DNA of 47,476 nt, from contig JBALDB010000012.1 of assembly GCA_036918135.1 (NCBI GenBank), positions 1-47,476 on the forward strand, given 5' to 3'. The notes beneath the pieces were generated by a model. That model did no database searches, was not told the DNA's origin, and saw only the letters and a list, made by a program, of their open reading frames with translations. Positions 42,309 to 47,476 of this stretch are shown piece after piece. Each line of letters starts with the position of its first letter. The first letter of the stretch is position 1. This DNA is from Nostoc sp. Its GTDB lineage: Bacteria; Cyanobacteriota; Cyanobacteriia; Cyanobacteriales; Nostocaceae. The position numbers and the translations under genes are program-made.

Positions 42309-43283
42309 CTACAAACTAGTTCCCATAAAATCCCTGCCTTGTGTTGCTGATAGCCACCTTTTTCGCCAGTGGGAGGTAGGTTCGAGGGAAGAGGTTTGTT
42401 GCTGTTGTTGTCGCCGTCTGACTATAACTTCACTGGGATCGCTCAATTCAGGATCGTGGTAGGGAATGGCAGCACGAGTTAGTAAGTGTTCTTTCTCAGC
42501 TTGGGACAGGAGTACAGAGGGGCAGGGGGGCAAAGGGGCAGGGGAGAATTTTGTTGCAAAATTCTTCGTGTCAGAGCGTCCCCGTGTTAGAGCGTCCTGA
42601 TTGTGTGCCGCTACAGTACCAGGCGATCGCCTGCCCACAGGTGGGGTAGAACCGATTGCTAACCCAGCAGACAAAAGTGCTGTACGTACAGCAGCAGCAC
42701 AAGAATAGGTAGCTAATAAACCATCTCGATCTAAACACAATGACAGTTGTTTAATAAATTCAACAGTCCATAATTGGGGACACTGTGGTGGTGAAAAGGG
42801 ATCGAGGAAAATAGCATCTGCTGAGAAATCCAACTGACGTACTAGCGCGATCGTCTTTCTAGCATCACCAATTAGCAGCTTCGCTTTTAGACAAGCTGTT
42901 TGTACTTGATGCTCAAAAGCTAGCTGGGACAAAATTTCAATGTAATTGCAGTTCCAGGTGTCGAACAAATGATGAGCGATCGCAGCTTGTGGTACTGCTA
43001 GGTTCAGTTCTAACCCGATTACTTCAATATTACAACTGGGATTCACTGCCCAAATTGTCTGGAAAGCAGCAGCAGTATTATATCCCAAACCATAACAAAC
43101 ATCCAACAGTCGTAAGACTGGTTTTTGGGCGGCTATAGTCAGTTGAGTCGGTTCCACAAACTTGAAAAAACTTTCCTGTTTAGCACCATAATGGCTATGA
43201 AAGGATTCACCAAACTCTTGAGAGACAAAGGTGAAAGAACCATCTGCTGTGAGTTGAGGTGTAAAATTCTCTAAGTTTGACAT
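42309..43283 (-). CDS. MnmC/MnmD-like tRNA (mnm5s2U34) methyltransferase
   Basis: TADGSFT...ESFHS..GA, LDVCYGLGYN, IFLDPFSPPQCPQLWT, LATYS. ATG at 43283 avoids overlap with the divergent gene. Confidence 0.82.
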   Translation of the reverse strand: MSNLENFTPQLTADGSFTFVSQEFGESFHSHYGAKQESFFKFVEPTQLTIAAQKPVLRLLDVCYGLGYNTAAAFQTIWAVNPSCNIEVIGLELNLAVPQAAIAHHLFDTWNCNYIEILSQLAFEHQVQTACLKAKLLIGDARKTIALVRQLDFSADAIFLDPFSPPQCPQLWTVEFIKQLSLCLDRDGLLATYSCAAAVRTALLSAGLAIGSTPPVGRRSPGTVAAHNQDALTRGRSDTKNFATKFSPAPLPPCPSVLLSQAEKEHLLTRAAIPYHDPELSDPSEVIVRRRQQQQQTSSLEPTSHWRKRWLSATQGRDFMGTSL

Positions 43284-43337
43284 TTTGTAAATAAATTTGT
43301 TATTAGTCATTAGCAAATTATCAATGCCCCATGCCCT

Positions 43338-44156
43338 ATGACCAATACCCAATTTGTTGTTTCGCCAACTTGGCTGTTTGAACACTTAGAAGATCCGCAA
43401 GTAGCGATCGTGGATTGTCGCTTTTCTCTAGCCGAACCACAATTAGGACAACAACAGTACCTAACAAGTCATATTAAGGGGTCATATTATCTTGATTTGA
43501 ATCAGGATCTTTCCAGTCCAGTGGGTAAGCATGGCGGGAGACATCCTCTACCTAACCCTGATGATATCGCTAACAAATTTGCAACGATAGGGGTCAATTA
43601 CCAAAAAACTCTAGTTGTAGCTTATGATGATTCCCGCTTTGCTTTTGCGGCTCGTTTGTGGTGGTTGTTACGCTATTTAGGACACGAACAAGTAGCAGTA
43701 CTCGATGGAGGCTTCACCGGATGGCAAAAAGCTGGGTATCCGGTTACAGATGTTATTCCTCAACCGCAGATGGCGTTATTTGTACCTCAAGTGCAAACAG
43801 AAAAAGTTGTAGATATTACAGCAGTGAAAAGCCGCAAAGATAGACCAGATGTAGTATTGGTAGATTCCAGAGAAAGCGATCGCTACCGAGGTGAAGGAGA
43901 ATCAATTGATAAAATTGCTGGACATATTCCTGGTGCGGTTAACTATCCTTGGCGAGAAGTTACAGACTCTACTGGCTACCTACTCCCGCAAGCCGAACAG
44001 CGCCGTCAGTGGGAGAACCTAGAAACAGCCCAAGAAATCTTAGTTTATTGCGGTTCCGGTGTTACTGCTTGTGTAAACTTACTTTCTCTAGAATTAGCTG
44101 GCATTAGCAAGGGAAAACTTTATGCTGGTAGCTGGAGTGATTGGATTAGTTATTAG
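43338..44156 (+). CDS. Tandem-domain rhodanese / 3-mercaptopyruvate sulfurtransferase (SseA-like)
   Basis: GRHPLP, AARLWWLL, LDGG, GHIPGA, YCGSGVTA catalytic loop, LYAGSWSDW. Confidence 0.93.
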   Translation: MTNTQFVVSPTWLFEHLEDPQVAIVDCRFSLAEPQLGQQQYLTSHIKGSYYLDLNQDLSSPVGKHGGRHPLPNPDDIANKFATIGVNYQKTLVVAYDDSRFAFAARLWWLLRYLGHEQVAVLDGGFTGWQKAGYPVTDVIPQPQMALFVPQVQTEKVVDITAVKSRKDRPDVVLVDSRESDRYRGEGESIDKIAGHIPGAVNYPWREVTDSTGYLLPQAEQRRQWENLETAQEILVYCGSGVTACVNLLSLELAGISKGKLYAGSWSDWISY

Positions 44157-44241
44157 TCATTGGTCATTAATTATTTAGAAAGGACAGAGATTTTCTGCGA
44201 TTAAAACTCTGTAACAGAAGACAAATGACAAATGACAAATT

Positions 44242-45489
44242 TCAAAATCGACCTAATTCCAAATTGTAATTAATACTGAAGAACCAGCCATCAAAATCAA
44301 TATTTTGGGCGGTTGAACTACCTAAAGTGAATCCAGTCTGGACATTCATGCTGCTGAAATCGGATATTCGGTAATTTAAGTGCCCAAATAGCCGATGAAA
44401 TTGGTCTTCTCGATCGCGCTGGGTAAAGTCAGAAAAGTTTCCCTGGTAGTCAATACCAACTTGCAGAGGCTTTTGTAAGTAGTAGTTTAAAGAAAACCAA
44501 AAAGAATTGATAATGCGACTACGACTTAGGGGATCGGCAAAATTTACACTCAGTTCGTAGAAGCTATCTACGACTAATCTTGAGGTTAAAGGATCTCGGC
44601 GTCCGAAAGACAGTTGTACGGAACTTTCGTTTAAAAAGCGATCGCCTGCTTTGAACGTGTTGGGGCGATCGCTGTTATTGGCATAAAATAACTGTTGATT
44701 ACTGAAATTGAGTTCTCCGTACATTCGCCGCGAGATCTGTCGGTAAAGACTGAGATTAAATCTTAACTGGTTGTAATGGTATTGTGACTGATCTAAATAA
44801 CGAATGATATTGCCATCAATTGAGCCGTTTAAATAAGTTTTAGATCCTACAGGAAAATATGCAGAGGATAGTGTCAGCCCAGAAATAATTAAACCATCTT
44901 CTATGGGATCATCTTTTGAGGAAAAAATGTTACTCGTCTGGAAGTAACCTACACGACCTTGTAGATAGCCGATGGGTTTAAACTCAGACACAGGTTGCAG
45001 TGGGAGTGGCTGTTGTTCTAGAGGTCGTAAGCGTACGCGCAACCCAAGTTCGCGTGCGTTATCAGACTCAAGCGGCTGTTTTGGCTGTTGCAGCAGGTTT
45101 CTTAGTCTCTCTAGCCTTTGAGAACGATTGAAGTCAGGTGGATTCAATAGTTGTTGTGTTGAGTCTGGAGGAGATGTAGGCAAATTATTTGGCTGCGATT
45201 CTAGCGGGGGCGTGTCATTTTCTTCTGGAGTATCCCCTGGTTCTTGGTTTGGTGCTGGTTGGGCTTGTGTAATTTGTTGTGCTACCCGATCCCAAGCCGC
45301 CCATTCCTTCCTAACTCGCTGTGCTGTCGGCGTTGCGTCTTGTAGAGAAGTTGGAAAGAGGGCGTGATTCATCGATCCCAAATTATAATTTGTAGATTCT
45401 ACCGCATCAACTCTCATGCAACACCAGCTTCCACAACTGGAGGCTAATAAAATCCAAAAAAATAAATTTTTCCAGTTCTTCAGTTGCAT
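44242..45489 (-). CDS. Putative outer-membrane beta-barrel protein
   Basis: N-terminal signal-like segment, Pro/Gln-rich linker, many amphipathic strands with alternating aromatics, C-terminal YNLELGRF. Confidence 0.7.
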   Translation of the reverse strand: MQLKNWKNLFFWILLASSCGSWCCMRVDAVESTNYNLGSMNHALFPTSLQDATPTAQRVRKEWAAWDRVAQQITQAQPAPNQEPGDTPEENDTPPLESQPNNLPTSPPDSTQQLLNPPDFNRSQRLERLRNLLQQPKQPLESDNARELGLRVRLRPLEQQPLPLQPVSEFKPIGYLQGRVGYFQTSNIFSSKDDPIEDGLIISGLTLSSAYFPVGSKTYLNGSIDGNIIRYLDQSQYHYNQLRFNLSLYRQISRRMYGELNFSNQQLFYANNSDRPNTFKAGDRFLNESSVQLSFGRRDPLTSRLVVDSFYELSVNFADPLSRSRIINSFWFSLNYYLQKPLQVGIDYQGNFSDFTQRDREDQFHRLFGHLNYRISDFSSMNVQTGFTLGSSTAQNIDFDGWFFSINYNLELGRF

Positions 45490-46136
45490 CTGTTAGATCG
45501 CGTTGAGCGCCTTTGGCGAATGTAGACCTAAAAGCTGCATCATAAGTTCCGATTTAGAAGATACAATTAACTGTAGCTAATTCAGCTTTTTAGGTATATA
45601 CTTAGAGCTACAAATTCAAATTGCGGTTTTTCGGATTTATTCCCAGACTTTATTGCCTGAATCATCTGTTATCATACAAGATTCTCTCAATTATTGTTAA
45701 ATCAATAGGTGGAAATAAATAGAGCTATATTACAAAATATAAATATTACTCAAACTCTTACCAATGAAAACTGAGAAATAATGACTATTGCACGGGGACT
45801 TTCAGATGATTTTTTATTACTTTTCAGGTGAGTTAGCCGAGTTCGGGTAAATCAAATATTTAAGATTTCAATATATATACTCTAAATTATTGTCCATTTA
45901 GTTACTCTTATTATTCGTCAAGTTTTACAAGTACTCTAGACTCAGTTGCATAAAACGTAAATTTTAGAATAAAAACTTAAAGAAACTAAATACATACTTA
46001 TTAGTTGTTTATTTTATCTATTAAATGTAGACTAAAGTGCAGATAAATTGACCTCAAGAACTGGCTATAAAAATTACCAGCAGCTTAAAAATTAAGTATT
46101 TTTGGTATTAATTGAAGTTATATAAGTTATCAAACT

Positions 46137-47476
46137 ATGATTAATAAATCATTACCACTATTAGTAATAAGTTTATGGGGAATCGTGGTACTGCCTTTGC
46201 CAAATCGGGTAAGTGCCGTAACTCCTCTAACACGAGCCGAGATTCAGAACCTCCACAACTTGGTACAACTAATACCCAAAAACAAACTAAAGAAGCGTCC
46301 TGCACAAAAATCAGATGCAATGATTCCTGGGGATGGATTGTCAACTGGTCGAGCTTCCTTAGCTGACTTGCGATTTAACGATGGCTCTTTGGCAAGAGTT
46401 GGGGAACAGGCGATATTTCAATTTTTGCCTAAGACTCGCAGCTTTAGACTGTCAAACGGGACTGCGTTGCTGCTTATACCACCTGGAAGGGGGCAAACAC
46501 GTATACAAACGCCAAGTGCAGCAGCTGCAATTCGTGGTTCAGCATTATTTGTACGCTACGACCAACAAACAGACACTACGATTGTAGGTGCGCTAACAAA
46601 TAGCGGCATTGAAGTTTCTAATAAGGAAGCTTCTCAAACTCAGATGCTGCAAGCAGGACAGCTGATGGTTATAGTTAAAGGTAAATTTCAGGGCTTATAC
46701 GATTTCGATCTGAGAAGTTTTTATGAAACGAGCGATCTAGTTCGGGGACTTGATTTAACTAGGCAAAATGTTACACCTAATGCTGACCCAGCGATCGCCA
46801 GCGTTCAAGCTGAAACTACTGCGGCTTTACAAGCACAGTCGCCAGTAACAGGTCAGGGAGTAGTTGAAAACCCATCTTTCTTACAATTAACTACTAGCCC
46901 TGCAAATTCTGCGACCAACGATATTGTTACAAATGATCCGGCTGTAGACCCCATTCAAGATGATTCCTCAGTAAACTCCTTTGAAGAAACAGGACAAATC
47001 CTATTAAACACTAAGCAGGGTAATACAACTAGTAATAATAGTGTTGATTCTACTGGAACCATAACCAGACCTCAAACTCCTTTGGTTCAGCCAACGCCCA
47101 CTGGGTCAGTAACTATCACCCCACAGCCAACGCCCACTGGTTCAGTAACTATCACCCCACAGCCAACGCCTACTGGGTCAGTAACTATCACCCCACAGCC
47201 AACGCCTACTGGGTCAGTAACTATCACCCCACAGCCAACACCCACTGGGTCGGGAACTATCACCCCAGAACCAACGCCACCAGGTGGGTCGGGAACTATC
47301 ACCCCAGAACCAACGCCACCAGGTGGGTCGGGAACCACTACCCCAGAACCAACGCCACCAGGTGGGTCGGGAACCACTACTCCAGAACCAACGCCACCAG
47401 GTGGGTCGGGAACCACTACCCCAGAACCAACGCCACCAGGTGGGTCGGGAACTACTACCCCAGAACCAACGCCACC
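46137..47476 (+). CDS. FecR-domain secreted protein with Pro/Thr-rich repeat tail (partial; runs off the window)
   Basis: Hand translation from ATG 46137: MINKSLPLLVISLWGIVVLPLPNRVSAVTPLTRAEIQ...GDGLSTGRASLADLRFNDGSLARVGEQA...IQTPSAAAAIRGS. Frame stays open to the window end; not in the ORF track. Confidence 0.88.
   Translation, partial: MINKSLPLLVISLWGIVVLPLPNRVSAVTPLTRAEIQNLHNLVQLIPKNKLKKRPAQKSDAMIPGDGLSTGRASLADLRFNDGSLARVGEQAIFQFLPKTRSFRLSNGTALLLIPPGRGQTRIQTPSAAAAIRGSALFVRYDQQTDTTIVGALTNSGIEVSNKEASQTQMLQAGQLMVIVKGKFQGLYDFDLRSFYETSDLVRGLDLTRQNVTPNADPAIASVQAETTAALQAQSPVTGQGVVENPSFLQLTTSPANSATNDIVTNDPAVDPIQDDSSVNSFEETGQILLNTKQGNTTSNNSVDSTGTITRPQTPLVQPTPTGSVTITPQPTPTGSVTITPQPTPTGSVTITPQPTPTGSVTITPQPTPTGSGTITPEPTPPGGSGTITPEPTPPGGSGTTTPEPTPPGGSGTTTPEPTPPGGSGTTTPEPTPPGGSGTTTPEPTP
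47088..47476 (+). repeat. Coding tandem repeat: 5 x 36 bp then at least 5 x 39 bp
   Basis: CAGCCAACGCCCACTGGGTCAGTAACTATCACCCCA-type units at 47088-47267, then GAACCAACGCCACCAGGTGGGTCGGGAAC(T/C)A..AC.CCA units from 47268. Confidence 0.95.

Noticed and set aside
46141..46587. Three short ORFs suggesting a fragmented gene
   Set aside because: Off-frame or antisense to the uninterrupted FecR frame starting at 46137.
47087..47416. 109-aa minus-strand ORF (VPDPPGGVGSG repeats)
   Set aside because: Antisense shadow of the FecR-gene repeats.
47088..47476. CRISPR array (36-39 bp periodicity)
   Set aside because: Units are contiguous with no unique spacers, lengths are multiples of 3 inside an open frame, and no cas genes are present.

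Overview
Chromosomal segment of a heterocyst-forming cyanobacterium (Nostoc-like). The assignment rests on frequent HIP1 GCGATCGC octamers, STRR heptamer arrays, small dispersed repeats and cyanobacterial-type proteins. Most of the window is housekeeping backbone: CHASE2 Ser/Thr kinase, labA-like NYN gene, leuA, recQ, pheS, surE, MBL hydrolase, ribF, MoxR ATPase, diheme cytochrome c, secA, atpD/atpC, SirB1, SRPBCC, CmpX-like membrane protein, DUF697 GTPase, SPFH protein, glmU, REC-HD-GYP regulator, MnmC-like methyltransferase and rhodanese. Four accessory or less-characterised spots stand out. (1) A RelE/HigB-like toxin plus an unrecognised partner gene lie between two diverged ~310-bp copies of the recQ 3' end. 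(2) A decayed BrnT toxin, a Uma2 nuclease and an orphan gene lie downstream of pheS. (3) An AT-rich orphan has a PD-(D/E)xK-like motif. (4) An outer-membrane beta-barrel gene is divergent from a secreted FecR-domain gene with a Pro/Thr tandem-repeat tail; the latter is absent from the ORF track because it runs off the window. I found no tRNA, rRNA, CRISPR array, integrase or intact transposase. All calls are by eye from motifs and recall of protein families; no database searches were run.
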